Below are positions 1 to 9,976 of a stretch of DNA of 64,000 nucleotides, one piece after another (position 1 is the stretch's first letter; every line of letters begins with the position of its first letter). The notes under the pieces are model-generated. The model worked only from the letters and a program-made list of their open reading frames with translations. It searched no databases and had not been told where the DNA came from. The position numbers and the translations under genes are program-made. Source of the stretch: an uncultured delta proteobacterium (GTDB lineage: Bacteria > Desulfobacterota > RBG-13-43-22); NCBI GenBank assembly GCA_963802945.1, contig CAWDKY010000028.1:128001-192000 (forward strand), written 5' to 3'.

Positions 1-1068
1 GGATTGGTTATCTTTTCCGGATTATCCGACCGTTTAATTTTGGGTTGCATCCGTCCGTTTTCCTCTATGGCCGTAAGCTTATAGACGCCGCCCAGGGCTG
101 GGGTAGAGTAAGCGGTTACCAGTTTGGTTCCCACCCCCCAGGAATCAATCCGTCCTCCTTGCTTCTTGATACTTTTGATAATCCATTCATCCAGGTCACT
201 GGAGGCGAAAATCTTGGCCTCATTAAATACCTTCCCTATCCAGCATTTTTCTGGCTTCTTTGCTTAAGTAAGCCAGGTCTCCACTGTCAAGACGAATGCC
301 TTTCAATACCCCTTTACCCTGGGCTTTTAATTCCTTGCCGATTTTAATGGCATTAGGTATTCCGCTTTTCAGGGTATCGTAGGTATCCACCAATAACAAG
401 CACTCCTTTGGATACACCCGGCAATAGGCCCGGAAAGCTTCTAATTCCGAAGGAAAGGATTCGATCCAGCTATGGGCTACGGTCCCGCGAACCGGTAGGT
501 CGAATAATTTTCCGGCCAGGATATTGGATGTACCCTGGGCCCCGCCGATAAAAGCCGCTCTGGCGGCCCCAATGGCCGCATCCGGCCCATGAGCGCGTCT
601 GAGACCGAATTCAATCACCGGATCTCCTTTAGCGGCCGTACAAACCCTGGAAGCCTTGGTGGCGATCAGGGTTTGGAAATTCATAATGTTAAGCAAGGCT
701 GATTCAAGGAATTGGGCTTCAGGTAAAGGGGCCGTGACCCGGATGATGGGTTCATAAGGAAAAACAACCGTGCCTTCCGGCATGGCAAAAAGGTCACCGG
801 TAAAGCGAAACTTTTTCAAATACCGGAGGACCTCCTTGGGAAAAATTGCCAAATTTTTTAGGTAGGACAAGTCCTCGGAGGTAAAATGAATATTTTTTAT
901 ATAATCAACAACCTGCTCAAGGCCGGCGGCAATACAATATCCCCCTTCATCTGGGACCTTGCGAAAGAAGTAGTCAAAATTGGCCCTTTGATTTTCTTTG
1001 CCGTTGACCAGGTATCCGCCGACCATAGTCAGTTCATACATGTCGGTCAATAAAGCGAGATTACGCAT
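1..1068 (-). CDS. pncB: Nicotinate phosphoribosyltransferase, runs off the window start, frameshift near 225-235
   Basis: Motifs LLTDMYELTM, EFGLRRAHG, LVDTYD, GIRLDSGDL. After the stop at 223 another frame continues with AKIFASSDLDEW...WGVGTKL...LGGVYKL. Confidence 0.93.
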
Positions 1069-1142
1069 TCGGCTCTTTCTGCGGAGTGGTTATTTTTTTT
1101 ATTACATAGTTAATCTCTTTTGTTCAAGGGCTAATTTTTTTA

Positions 1143-1180
1143 TTGACACCCATACAAATGTATGGTATTTGATTCCATAC
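1143..1180 (+). promoter_or_regulatory. lexA promoter with candidate LexA operator
   Basis: TTGACA at 1143-1148; perfect palindrome CCATACA-AA-TGTATGG at 1150-1165; extra half-site CCATAC at 1175-1180; no SD before the ATG at 1182. Confidence 0.75.
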
Positions 1181-1181
1181 C

Positions 1182-1793
1182 ATGCAGACCCTTACGACTC
1201 GGCAAAAACAAATATTGAAATATCTCCGGGAATATCAGGCAGAACACGGCTATCCCCCTTCTTTCCGGGAAACGGCCAGGTTTTTTAAGATCAATCTGGG
1301 CACAGTCCAGGATCATCTAAAAGCCCTGACTCGAAAAGGATACCTGAGCCGGGAAGTCAACCGCTCCCGCGGACTTCATTTGATCCCTCCCTCCGGACCA
1401 TTACGAACCGTGCCTCTCTATGGAGCCATTCCGGCCGGCGATCCCCGGCAGATAGAAGAAGCCGCCGAAGGGTATGTTTCTCTTCCGGAAATCTGGGCCA
1501 GGGGTGCAGAAGTCTTTCTCCTGCGGGTGCGGGGAGAAAGTATGAGCCCTTACATTTTAACCGGAGATCAGGTCATTGTCCGCCGTCAGAGCCAGCTTCC
1601 TCAGGGGGCCGTAGGGGTCTTCCGTATTGGTGAGGAAATCACCTTGAAACGGTTCTACCGAGAAAAAGACAACGTTATCTTAAAAGGGGAGCATCCGGAA
1701 TTTCCTCCCCTGATCCTGAAAGGCCGGGATTTAGCAACCATGAGTATCCTGGGCAAGGTCGTCGGTATTTATCGTCCGATAGAGATAGGGTAG
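1182..1793 (+). CDS. lexA: SOS repressor LexA
   Basis: N-terminal winged helix (LTTRQKQIL, GYPPSFRE, HLKALTRKGYL), Ala-Gly cleavage site (GAIPAGDP), catalytic Ser (GESM) and Lys (TLKR). Confidence 0.95.
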   Translation: MQTLTTRQKQILKYLREYQAEHGYPPSFRETARFFKINLGTVQDHLKALTRKGYLSREVNRSRGLHLIPPSGPLRTVPLYGAIPAGDPRQIEEAAEGYVSLPEIWARGAEVFLLRVRGESMSPYILTGDQVIVRRQSQLPQGAVGVFRIGEEITLKRFYREKDNVILKGEHPEFPPLILKGRDLATMSILGKVVGIYRPIEIG

Positions 1794-1802
1794 GGGGGTG
1801 GG

Positions 1803-2393
1803 ATGGATTTTCTTCCCTGGCACAAGATGCAGTCCCTGGCCCTTTCAGGAGGCAGCATCCTTTTTTTTGGAGAAGCTATGGCCCGCCTTTCCGCCTACCT
1901 GATGGGCCGGTTATCGTTGCAAGGGAAATCCATCACCCTGGTCAATGCCACCCAATCCTTTGACCCTTATCTGGTGGCCAGGGTGGGCCGTCTGGCAGGG
2001 ACTCCTCCCCACACCCTTTTGGAGCGGATCCGTCTCAGTCGGGCCTTCACCTGCCATCAACTGGTAACCCTGCTCTGTGAGACCCTTCCCGGACAAGAGA
2101 TTAAAGGCCCCCTTTTTGTACTGGGACCAGGTGTCCTGTTCTATGACGAACAGGTCCCCATAAGGGAAAGGCAGGCCCTTTTTCGTCAGGTGGTCCGCTC
2201 GTTAGTCGTCATAAAAGAAAGAGGGCAGGGGTGTTACCTTTTCCAAAGTCCCATCGCCCGGCAGTTAAAAAACCGGCATTTTGGAAGAGAGCTGTCTAGG
2301 TCCGTTCAATGGGTTATCCGGGTCAGCCAGGGTGAACAAGGACTGGAAGGAAAATTATATCCTTCCCTTCTCCTTCCCGAAAGAAAGGGGTAG
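1803..2393 (+). CDS. Inactivated RadA/RecA-fold protein (PolB2-associated, ImuA analogue)
   Basis: SFDPYLVAR...LLERIRLSRAFTCHQL resembles the RadA core; no Walker A GxxxxGKT; lies between lexA and the polB2 partner gene. Confidence 0.75.
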   Translation: MDFLPWHKMQSLALSGGSILFFGEAMARLSAYLMGRLSLQGKSITLVNATQSFDPYLVARVGRLAGTPPHTLLERIRLSRAFTCHQLVTLLCETLPGQEIKGPLFVLGPGVLFYDEQVPIRERQALFRQVVRSLVVIKERGQGCYLFQSPIARQLKNRHFGRELSRSVQWVIRVSQGEQGLEGKLYPSLLLPERKG

Positions 2394-2395
2394 AG

Positions 2396-2692
2396 ATGGG
2401 AAGAACGGTTTTGCCCTTCAGTCAGATTATAGAGCGGGAATATGCCGACTGGAAAAAATTCCGCCGTGGTTTGCGCCGGGAAGATCAAGTGGTTCTGGAC
2501 CGCCTTTTCGACTTGGCCCGTCTTCACGTCCAGGCTGGCGTCTATGCCTCCCGTCCCTGGCCCCTGGAGACCATCCTGGTATCGATTCTCATTGAACAGG
2601 AAAAAGCCCTGGCCGCTTTGCGAGATGAACTGAAGGGGTTGGAGAATGCCGCCGAAAGAAAGAGTGGGGCTGATATCGACCCGGGATTGTGA
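2396..2692 (+). CDS. Small helical PolB2-associated protein (arCOG07300-like)
   Basis: MGRT...W.KFRRGLRREDQ...LF..AR.H..A....RP.PLE..L.SILIEQ pattern, recalled from small genes that accompany polB2. Confidence 0.75.
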   Translation: MGRTVLPFSQIIEREYADWKKFRRGLRREDQVVLDRLFDLARLHVQAGVYASRPWPLETILVSILIEQEKALAALRDELKGLENAAERKSGADIDPGL

Positions 2693-2700
2693 TTCAGAGA

Positions 2701-2730
2701 TTGACATCATTACAGCATGATGGTATGATG
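2701..2730 (+). promoter_or_regulatory. vapBC promoter with operator
   Basis: TTGACA(2701)-17 bp-TATGAT(2724) with extended TG; inverted repeat CATCAT-N6-ATGATG at 2705-2722. Confidence 0.8.
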
Positions 2731-2759
2731 GCAATTCATAACCATAAGGGGGGTACACC

Positions 2760-3011
2760 ATGAAACGCGCCCAGATCCAATTAGAAGAAGAAACCTTTGA
2801 GGTTTTGCGCCAACGGGCCTTTAAAGAGAAAAAATCCATTGCCGGGATTATTCGAGAGCTTATTCATAAGGAAATAGCCCATCCGGTCCGGGGAAAAAAA
2901 TTATCCGTAAAAGATTTCCGGTTTGTCGGAGCCGGTAAATCCCGGCAAGGATACCTTTCGCCGGTCTCAGAACGACACGACCAGGCCCTGGAGGAGGCGT
3001 TTCGAGAATGA
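2760..3011 (+). CDS. vapB: Ribbon-helix-helix (CopG-like) antitoxin
   Basis: MKRAQIQL...LRQRA...KSIAGIIRELI; overlaps the PIN toxin start by ATGA. Confidence 0.8.
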   Translation: MKRAQIQLEEETFEVLRQRAFKEKKSIAGIIRELIHKEIAHPVRGKKLSVKDFRFVGAGKSRQGYLSPVSERHDQALEEAFRE

Positions 3012-3397
3012 TTTTTTTGGATACATCGGCGATCTACGCCGTGGCGGATAACGCTGATCCAAATCATGCTTCGGCCCTTGAAAAATTCAACCAAGCCTTG
3101 TCTACCGGAGAACCCATTGGTCTTCATAACTATATTCTGGTAGAAAGTGCAGCCTTATTGCAGGCCCGACTTGGCCTCCGGGTGGCTTTGCAGTTTCTAA
3201 AGGAAGCAAACGCCTTTCAGATTGAATGGGTGGATCGCAACCTCCATAAAAAGGCCTTACAGGAACTGGAAAAAATCGGGAAGCGAGGGGTCAGTTTTGT
3301 GGACTGCCTGAGTTTTTTAGTGATGAGACAGAAAGGGATAAAAAGGGTTTTGGCCTTTGATCCCGATTTTGCGGATCAGGGGTTTGTGCTATATTGA
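3008..3397 (+). CDS. vapC: PIN-domain toxin
   Basis: IFLDTSA, ILVES, SFVDCLSF, LAFDPDF acidic PIN residues. Confidence 0.92.
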   Translation: MIFLDTSAIYAVADNADPNHASALEKFNQALSTGEPIGLHNYILVESAALLQARLGLRVALQFLKEANAFQIEWVDRNLHKKALQELEKIGKRGVSFVDCLSFLVMRQKGIKRVLAFDPDFADQGFVLY

Positions 3398-3681
3398 CGG
3401 GAAAAATATACAAAATCTAATAGGGTTGAATATAGATACAGGCATTGCCAAGGAAAAACCCGGATAACGGTGCTGTAATGGTTAGATTACTGTAAAGAAT
3501 ATGATTGAGAAAGATCTCGACGCCGTACACAAGTGGCTCATTGAGCTTCTGGAGATTTTGTCTCGGATGGATGGTTAAGAAAAAAGGGGTTGGAACTTTA
3601 CAGAACGTTTAAATGATTGACAAGGGAAAGCATAAAGGAATCCATAAAAAATAGCCTGCAGGTGAAAAAGGGAGGCGTGGA

Positions 3682-4731
3682 ATGACCAAGAGCTTCAAAC
3701 CCATCTTTACGATCACTAATCGGATCACGGCCGGGCTGACCCGCATTGAGCGGGCTCGAGGATTCCTGGAGGCCGCGACATTATCCGCGGCCTGGGTGCG
3801 TGAAATGGGCCGCCGCGCTTTGATCCTGGAAGCGCATCATACCACGCATATTGAGGGAACGCGCCTGACGCTGGAGCAGGCCGAGCAACTCCTGGCAGGG
3901 AAGCCGGTTCCCGAGGCCGATCCCAATGACGTACGGGAACTAATGAACTATCGAAAGGCGTTCGAGTTTGTCTCCGCATATCTTGAAGGAGAAGACCCTA
4001 TCACCGAAGGGCTGATCCGGGAAATTCATAAACGCTTGGTGGAAGGGGTCCGGGGTGGATCTGCGGCCCCTGGCGAGTACCGGAAAATTCAAAACTACGT
4101 GGTCAACTCCGTCACCGGAGAAACAATTTATACACCACCTCCTGCCTATGAAGTGCCGATCATGATGGCCGAGTTGGTGAAATGGCTAAACCGCAAACAG
4201 GAAATTCACCCCGTGTTGATGAGCGGCATCTCACAATTCCAGTTTGTACATATCCACCCTTTTTTAGACGGTAACGGCCGGACGTCCCGGTTGCTCTCTA
4301 CCCTTTGTCTCTACCGAGACGGATATGACTTTAAGCGTCTCTTTACGATCAGCGAATACTACGACCGGGACCGGCCTGCTTTCTACCGGGCCATCCAGAG
4401 CGTCCGCGAGAACGGAATGGACCTGACCGGCTGGTTGGAATACTTTGTAGGAGGATTATCCACCCAGCTTACCGAAGTCAGGAGGCGTGGGGAACAGGCC
4501 ATTCGCCGGGATGTACTCATTAAAGAGCACAAACTTTCGGACCGTCAGGCCAAGGCCCTCGGCCACATCCTGGAGCACGGCAGCCTGACCATTCAGGATT
4601 TCGAGCGCCTAAATTCCGATGTCAACCGCCGGTCTTTGCAACGCGATCTGAAGGCCATGGTGGATATAAGGTTGTTGTATTCAGAAGGGTCGACTAACAA
4701 GTTTGTTTATCGGCTTAAGGAGACGGACTGA
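3682..4731 (+). CDS. Fic family AMPylase with N-terminal inhibitory motif and C-terminal HTH
   Basis: [12 protein letters not shown] catalytic motif; TTHIEG fits the (S/T)xxxE(G/N) inhibitory motif; C-terminal [14 protein letters not shown] helix-turn-helix. Confidence 0.92.
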   Translation: MTKSFKPIFTITNRITAGLTRIERARGFLEAATLSAAWVREMGRRALILEAHHTTHIEGTRLTLEQAEQLLAGKPVPEADPNDVRELMNYRKAFEFVSAYLEGEDPITEGLIREIHKRLVEGVRGGSAAPGEYRKIQNYVVNSVTGETIYTPPPAYEVPIMMAELVKWLNRKQEIHPVLMSGISQFQFVHIHPFLDGNGRTSRLLSTLCLYRDGYDFKRLFTISEYYDRDRPAFYRAIQSVRENGMDLTGWLEYFVGGLSTQLTEVRRRGEQAIRRDVLIKEHKLSDRQAKALGHILEHGSLTIQDFERLNSDVNRRSLQRDLKAMVDIRLLYSEGSTNKFVYRLKETD

Positions 4732-4780
4732 ACTTGCGACAATCTTGCGACATAACTTACGACAAGCACGCGACTCGACT
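4732..4780 (+). repeat. Phased ~11 bp direct repeats with a CGAC core
   Basis: ACTTGCGACA, ATCTTGCGACA, TAACTTACGACA, AGCACGCGACT, CGACT directly after the fic stop. Confidence 0.7.
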
Positions 4781-4859
4781 CATGATATCAACATCATTCA
4801 GTACATTCGACCCGTTGAATCCTTATTTCTTTAACTAATCATACCGAACAGTAACTTCC

Positions 4860-7051
4860 ATGATCGCCAAAGGCTGGCTTTTAGATTTATATGTCCAGGG
4901 GGACTTCCTAATCCTCTGGTTTCGGCTTAATTCGGGCGAACTCCTTCGCCTGACTGACTCTTTCAGTTTTCTTTTTTATGCTCAGGGCCCAAAGTTTGCT
5001 TTGCGGATCCTGGAAAAAAAATTGGCCCCTTATATTCGTCATACGGCCTGGACCCGGCGGATCGAGTTCTGGAGCGGTAAGACGATTTCAGTATTGGAAA
5101 TATCGATTCGATCTTTGGAAAAAATTCCTGAGGTCCTGCGCCTTCTGGCCGCCGGGTCGGAAGGCCTGACTTTTTATAACTGCGATCTGGGGATTCCCCA
5201 GTATTATGCCTGGCAGAAAGGCCTTTTCCCTTTATGTTCCTGTGAAATAGAGTGGGAAAGGAATGCCTTGAAACGGGTTACGGTCTTGGATTCTCCCTGG
5301 GGTCTGGATGCCTCGTTTCCTGATCTGAGGGTTATGGAAGTGGAATTGACGGCCCATTCGCAGATTCCTTTAAACAAGGGGAATTCCCTTCGGGTTACTT
5401 TTGATAATACTTCTTTTGATCTGGAGGCCTCAGGGGTAACTGAACTCCTGAAAGAACTGAATCACCTGGTAACTGAATATGACCCGGATCTTTTCCTGTC
5501 ACGCCATGGGGATGCGCAAATTTTTCCCTTCCTCTGGCAGGCTTCCCAAAAGGAAAAAAAGCTTTGCTTCTGGATCGGGACCCCTATCCCCCCAGTCGGA
5601 TGCGAGTAGGGCAGGGGCGCTCTTATTTTTCGTACGAACAGGTCCTCTATCAAAGCACCGCCTTTCTCCTTTACGGTCGACTGCATATCGATCAGAAAAA
5701 CTCCTTTTTCTATCGGGAATCCGGTTTGGAAGGGATTCTTTTTCTATCCCGGTTGACCAAGCTGCCGGTTCAGACCGTGGCACGGGCCACACCGGGCACG
5801 GCCATCACTTCGATGCAATTGGATCAAGCCGTTCAAAAGGGCATTCTCATCCCCTGGAAAAAGGGACGCCCTGAAACCTTTAAGACCGCCTGGGATCTCC
5901 TGGTGTCGGACAAAGGAGGGCTGGTCTTGCAGCCCCCTATCGGGCTTTGGGAACAGGTGGCCGAAATCGATTTTGTTTCTATGTATCCCAATATCATGGT
6001 CCAGCACAACATCTCTCCTGAAACCATGCTTTGCCGCTGCTGTCCTGAGGCCGTCGTTCCGGAAACAGGCTATAACATCTGTCAAAAACGGAAAGGTCTG
6101 GTGCCTGAAACCCTGGAACCGATCCTGGCCCTGAGAGCTGAGCTCAAAGCCCGGGCCCATGCCGGTCACCCTAAAAAGCTCCTTTATCAATCAATGCAAC
6201 AGGCCCTTAAATGGCTACTGGTGACCTGTTTCGGGTATATGGGATATAAAAATGCCCGCTTTGGCTGTATCGAGGCCCATGAGGCCATTACCGCTTTTGG
6301 CCGGGACAAACTCCTTTCAGCCAAGGAAGCGGCCGAAGAGAATGGGTTTCAGGTCCTTCACGGCCTCACGGATTCACTTTGGATCCGCGGACCGGAAATG
6401 ACCCCAGGAAAAATAGAGGCCCTTTTAAAGGAAATCACCAATCGAACCGGGGTGCCGATCAGTCTGGAAGGGATTTATCAGTGGATCGTTTTTCTTCCCT
6501 CAAAGGTTCGAGCTGATCGACCGGTAGCCAATCGATACTTCGGGCTTTTTACCAACGGAAACGTGAAAATACGAGGGATCGACTGTTGCCGCCATGATAC
6601 CCCGTTATTTATAAAAAAAGCGCAGGAAGACCTTCTTCTAACCCTGGCGCAAGCGAATAACCGCTCTGGTTTGGAAAGACGGATTCCAGAGGTCTTGGAA
6701 CGATTTAAAGAGTACGTGTCCTACTTAAAACAAGGCCAGGTCGATCCTCGTGAGCTGGTCATTAACCGTCATGTTGGGAAATCTTGGGAAGAATACCGGG
6801 TAAATACACCAACGCCCCTCGTTCTTCAACAACTCGAATCGGCCGGAATAACTCTCTATCCCGGTCAACGTGTAGGTTACCTTTTAGCAGAAGGATCGGC
6901 TCCTTATTCGTCTGATCAAAAATTAATTCCAGCCCCTTTTTTAAACGGTAAAGAGCGTTATGACCCCCGAGAATACATTGACTTGCTTTTTAAAGCGGTA
7001 CAAGAACTCACTATTGTTTTTAATTATAATATTAATAATATTTATGTTTAA
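4860..7051 (+). CDS. B-family DNA polymerase of the PolB2 group, split by a frameshift at the A-run near 5554-5560
   Basis: Motif A DFVSMYP, motif B ALKWLLVTCFGYMG, motif C variant HGLTDS, NRYFG, KIRGI. ORF 4860-5609 is the degenerate N-terminal/exonuclease part. Confidence 0.88.
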
Positions 7052-7520
7052 TATCATTAATTACTTTATTTTATTATTATTAAATAAAACAATAATTATA
7101 CTATTTAAATTAGTTAATATAATTAGTTACGTATTTAATGTAATAATTAACTTAATATTTTATATTAATCTTACGTTAATTACATAAAATTTTACTATAT
7201 AGTTATAGTAACTATTTTTTTTGTATCCGGTCCAATAGAATCAACGTAAATAAAATCTTGGACTTAACGGTAATACTTAAGGATGTGATTTCGATTTTAG
7301 AAAAAAATTATTCAAAGAAGGCAACATTGGAAATAACTTTATTAGATTTTGGATAATATTTTTCCTTATATCTACTTATAAAAAATATAAATATTAGTTA
7401 GTTAAGATAAAAAAGTAATAGGGTGATACTCATAATAGTTAATTTTTATGATAATTTTTAATTTGTTTACATAATATATCTTATCAGACATTATAATATG
7501 ATAAAACATATTAACGTTGC
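7015..7520. other. Extremely AT-rich non-coding tract
   Basis: Hand count gives 16 G/C in 180 nt at 7021-7200, about 9% GC. Confidence 0.9.
7464..7491 (-). other. dif: Candidate XerC/XerD dif site
   Basis: Minus strand ATGTCTGATAA-GATATA-TTATGTAAACA has the 11-6-11 layout with ATAA-N6-TTATGT core, compared with E. coli GGTGCGCATAA-TGTATA-TTATGTTAAAT. Confidence 0.75.
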
Positions 7521-7579
7521 TGGTTTAATTCTCTGAAAAGGTTAAAGCTTTGGGCTTGGTTAGGACTTTTTTGAAGTAA

Positions 7580-8236
7580 TCAGCGAGAAACCTGAGATTT
7601 GGAAATATTTTGCGCGGCGGACAGTTTTTCTTCGGGAAGGGTTGATGAAATGGCAAAGCAGAATATCACGGCAGAATTGGCAGCTTGAATCCCGGCAGGG
7701 GCGTTTTCAATAACTAAGCAGTTTATTGTGTCATGTTGTATTTTTTTAAGCGCTTTAAGGTAGGGGTCTGGGAAGGGTTTAAACCTTTTAGTATCATCGG
7801 CCGAGATAATAGCTGCAAAATAGGCTAACTCTTCTTCTTTCCATATTTTTTCAATCAGGTTTCTTCGTGAGCCGGTAACCAAACCCAGCAAAACTCCATT
7901 TCTTTTTAATAGCTTTAATAAAGGAATTGCTTCTGGATACAGCCTAACCTTTGATAAATATTGATTTAAAAACATGGAATTTTTGTTTAAATAAATATCT
8001 ATAATTTTATTATCATCAATAAGATACCCGTTTTCTTTAAATAATTTTTTTATAACTTCTGGCGCCATGGACCCTTCGTGTTCAAAGAGAAATTGATCGG
8101 ATACTTTAATATCTAAAGAGTCAAGTACTTTCTTCCAAGATTCAAGGTGATAATTCATACTATTCACCAAAACACCATCCATATCGAACAAGACCGCTTT
8201 GATTAGGGTATTTTTTGAAATATTTTCAAGTTCCAT
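7580..8236 (-). CDS. HAD family phosphatase (beta-PGM-like)
   Basis: FDMDGVL, LVTGS, KPFPDPY, VIENAPAGI. Confidence 0.9.
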   Translation of the reverse strand: MELENISKNTLIKAVLFDMDGVLVNSMNYHLESWKKVLDSLDIKVSDQFLFEHEGSMAPEVIKKLFKENGYLIDDNKIIDIYLNKNSMFLNQYLSKVRLYPEAIPLLKLLKRNGVLLGLVTGSRRNLIEKIWKEEELAYFAAIISADDTKRFKPFPDPYLKALKKIQHDTINCLVIENAPAGIQAANSAVIFCFAISSTLPEEKLSAAQNISKSQVSR

Positions 8237-8406
8237 GGGGAAAAGTTATATCTGAACCGGAATCGTAAATCAAGCCTAACCCAAGTAAATTAATTGACAC
8301 CCTACCCTCTTTTGTTTAAAAATATAAAAAGCTGTCTTAAATACGTTTATTAAATGTAAGGGCCGGTTTTAAAAACAGCCCTCAATAATCTAGAAGGATT
8401 TTTCTT

Positions 8407-9900
8407 ATGGAACTTCGCGAATTTCCCAAAAATATCCGACCTCATGTCATCCCCAAAATTGGAGGACAGTTGGAATACCGTTGCCTGGGTTGTCAGAAGA
8501 CCTATTCCATTGACAGCCTCTTATATATCTGTCCAGATTGCGGAGGGGTCTTACTTATTCATGATTTGGATGAAAAAAAGAAAAGGAAGCGTTCAGGAAA
8601 ATTATGGCAACAGATTTTTGATTATCGCCGGATGTCCACCATTCCAGCCTTACAGGGAATTTTTTCATTCCATGAGTTTATTGCCCCAATAATACCTCTT
8701 GAACATATTTTTTACTTAGGGGAAGGACATACCCCTTTAGTCGAAGCCAATCAAGAGCTCAAGAACAGGATCGGCCTAAGATTTTCTTTTAAAAATGAAG
8801 GTCAAAACCCGAGTGCTTCCTTTAAGGACCGTGGAATGGCCTGCGCCTTAAGTTATTTAAATTATTTAATTTATAAAAAGCGATTTAAAAATGTTCTGGC
8901 CATTTGTGCTTCTACCGGAGACACATCGGCTTCAGCTGCCCTCTATGCCGCCTATCTTGGTCAGAAAGTCCGGTCGGCTGTGTTGCTTCCAAAAGGGAAA
9001 GTAACTCCCCAACAACTTTCTCAACCCCTAGGCAGCGGGGCCACGGTCCTGGAGATCCCCGGTGTCTTTGATGATTGCATGAAGGTTGTGGAATATCTCT
9101 CTGACCATTATCCGGTGGCTCTTCTCAATTCCAAAAACGCCTGGCGGATTTTAGGGCAGGAATCGTATTCCTTTGAAGTAGCCCAGGCTTTGGATTATCG
9201 GATGGAAGAGACAGTCCTGGTTGTTCCAATCGGCAATGCCGGAAATATTACCGCTATTATTTCAGGATTTTTGAAATTATACCGATATGGGTTGATTTCC
9301 TCTTTGCCCAAGATTATCGGGGTGCAATCCCACCATGCTAATCCGGTCTATCGCTACTATCTTGAGCCTCGTATAGCCAGTCGGGTTTTTAAACCTGTTA
9401 TGGTTAAATCCAGCGTGGCCCAAGCGGCCATGATCGGAAACCCGGTATCCATGCCCAGGGTTATTGAAATGGTTGATCAATATACTCAGATCAGCGGGAA
9501 ACAAAAAATTTTCGTAGTTGAGGTCACAGAACAGGCAATTATGGATCATATGCTTTTGGCTAACCGAAACGGCCATATAGCCTGCACACAGGGAGGTGAA
9601 AGTCTGGCTGGTTTGGTGAAAGCCCTGGCCGAAAAAAAGGTTTCACCTAAAGAAAGGGCTATTCTAAATGCTACAGCCCATTCTTTAAAATTTTCGGGTT
9701 TCCAGGAAATGTATTTCAATAACACCTTCCCGCCCGAATTTGGAATTCATCCCAAGAAAGGATTGCAAAACCATCCGGTTTCTTTGAAATCCAAAAAGCA
9801 AGGACAGATTTCAGTTCCTAGGAAGATTCAATCACCGAAGGAATATCAGAAGTTCGTTGAAAAAATGGCCTTGAAGGTAGTCGGATTATTAGGAATGTGA
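8407..9900 (+). CDS. thrC: Threonine synthase
   Basis: N-terminal CxxC..CxxC; NPSASFKDRGM PLP lysine; CASTGDTSAS; PIGNAGN. Confidence 0.92.
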   Translation: MELREFPKNIRPHVIPKIGGQLEYRCLGCQKTYSIDSLLYICPDCGGVLLIHDLDEKKKRKRSGKLWQQIFDYRRMSTIPALQGIFSFHEFIAPIIPLEHIFYLGEGHTPLVEANQELKNRIGLRFSFKNEGQNPSASFKDRGMACALSYLNYLIYKKRFKNVLAICASTGDTSASAALYAAYLGQKVRSAVLLPKGKVTPQQLSQPLGSGATVLEIPGVFDDCMKVVEYLSDHYPVALLNSKNAWRILGQESYSFEVAQALDYRMEETVLVVPIGNAGNITAIISGFLKLYRYGLISSLPKIIGVQSHHANPVYRYYLEPRIASRVFKPVMVKSSVAQAAMIGNPVSMPRVIEMVDQYTQISGKQKIFVVEVTEQAIMDHMLLANRNGHIACTQGGESLAGLVKALAEKKVSPKERAILNATAHSLKFSGFQEMYFNNTFPPEFGIHPKKGLQNHPVSLKSKKQGQISVPRKIQSPKEYQKFVEKMALKVVGLLGM

Positions 9901-9976
9901 GGCATATTTAAACGTTCATCGTTCAGCGTTCGATATCTTCATCCTATAAATAATCACCCCTTCTCTCATTAAATAA

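Noticed and set aside
1098-1125. Second degenerate dif at the left edge of the cassette
   Set aside because: Only about 15/28 matches in AT-rich DNA, which is chance level.
3501-3578. Short ORF MIEKDLDAVHKWLIELLEILSRMDG between vapC and fic
   Set aside because: Too short to assign; may be a gene remnant.
6960-7187. 75-aa Ile/Asn/Leu-rich ORF
   Set aside because: By-product of the ~9% GC tract; no SD and it overlaps polB2.
7015-7520. AT-rich tract as oriC
   Set aside because: No DnaA boxes (TTATCCACA) seen and no dnaA context; a dif-like site fits better.
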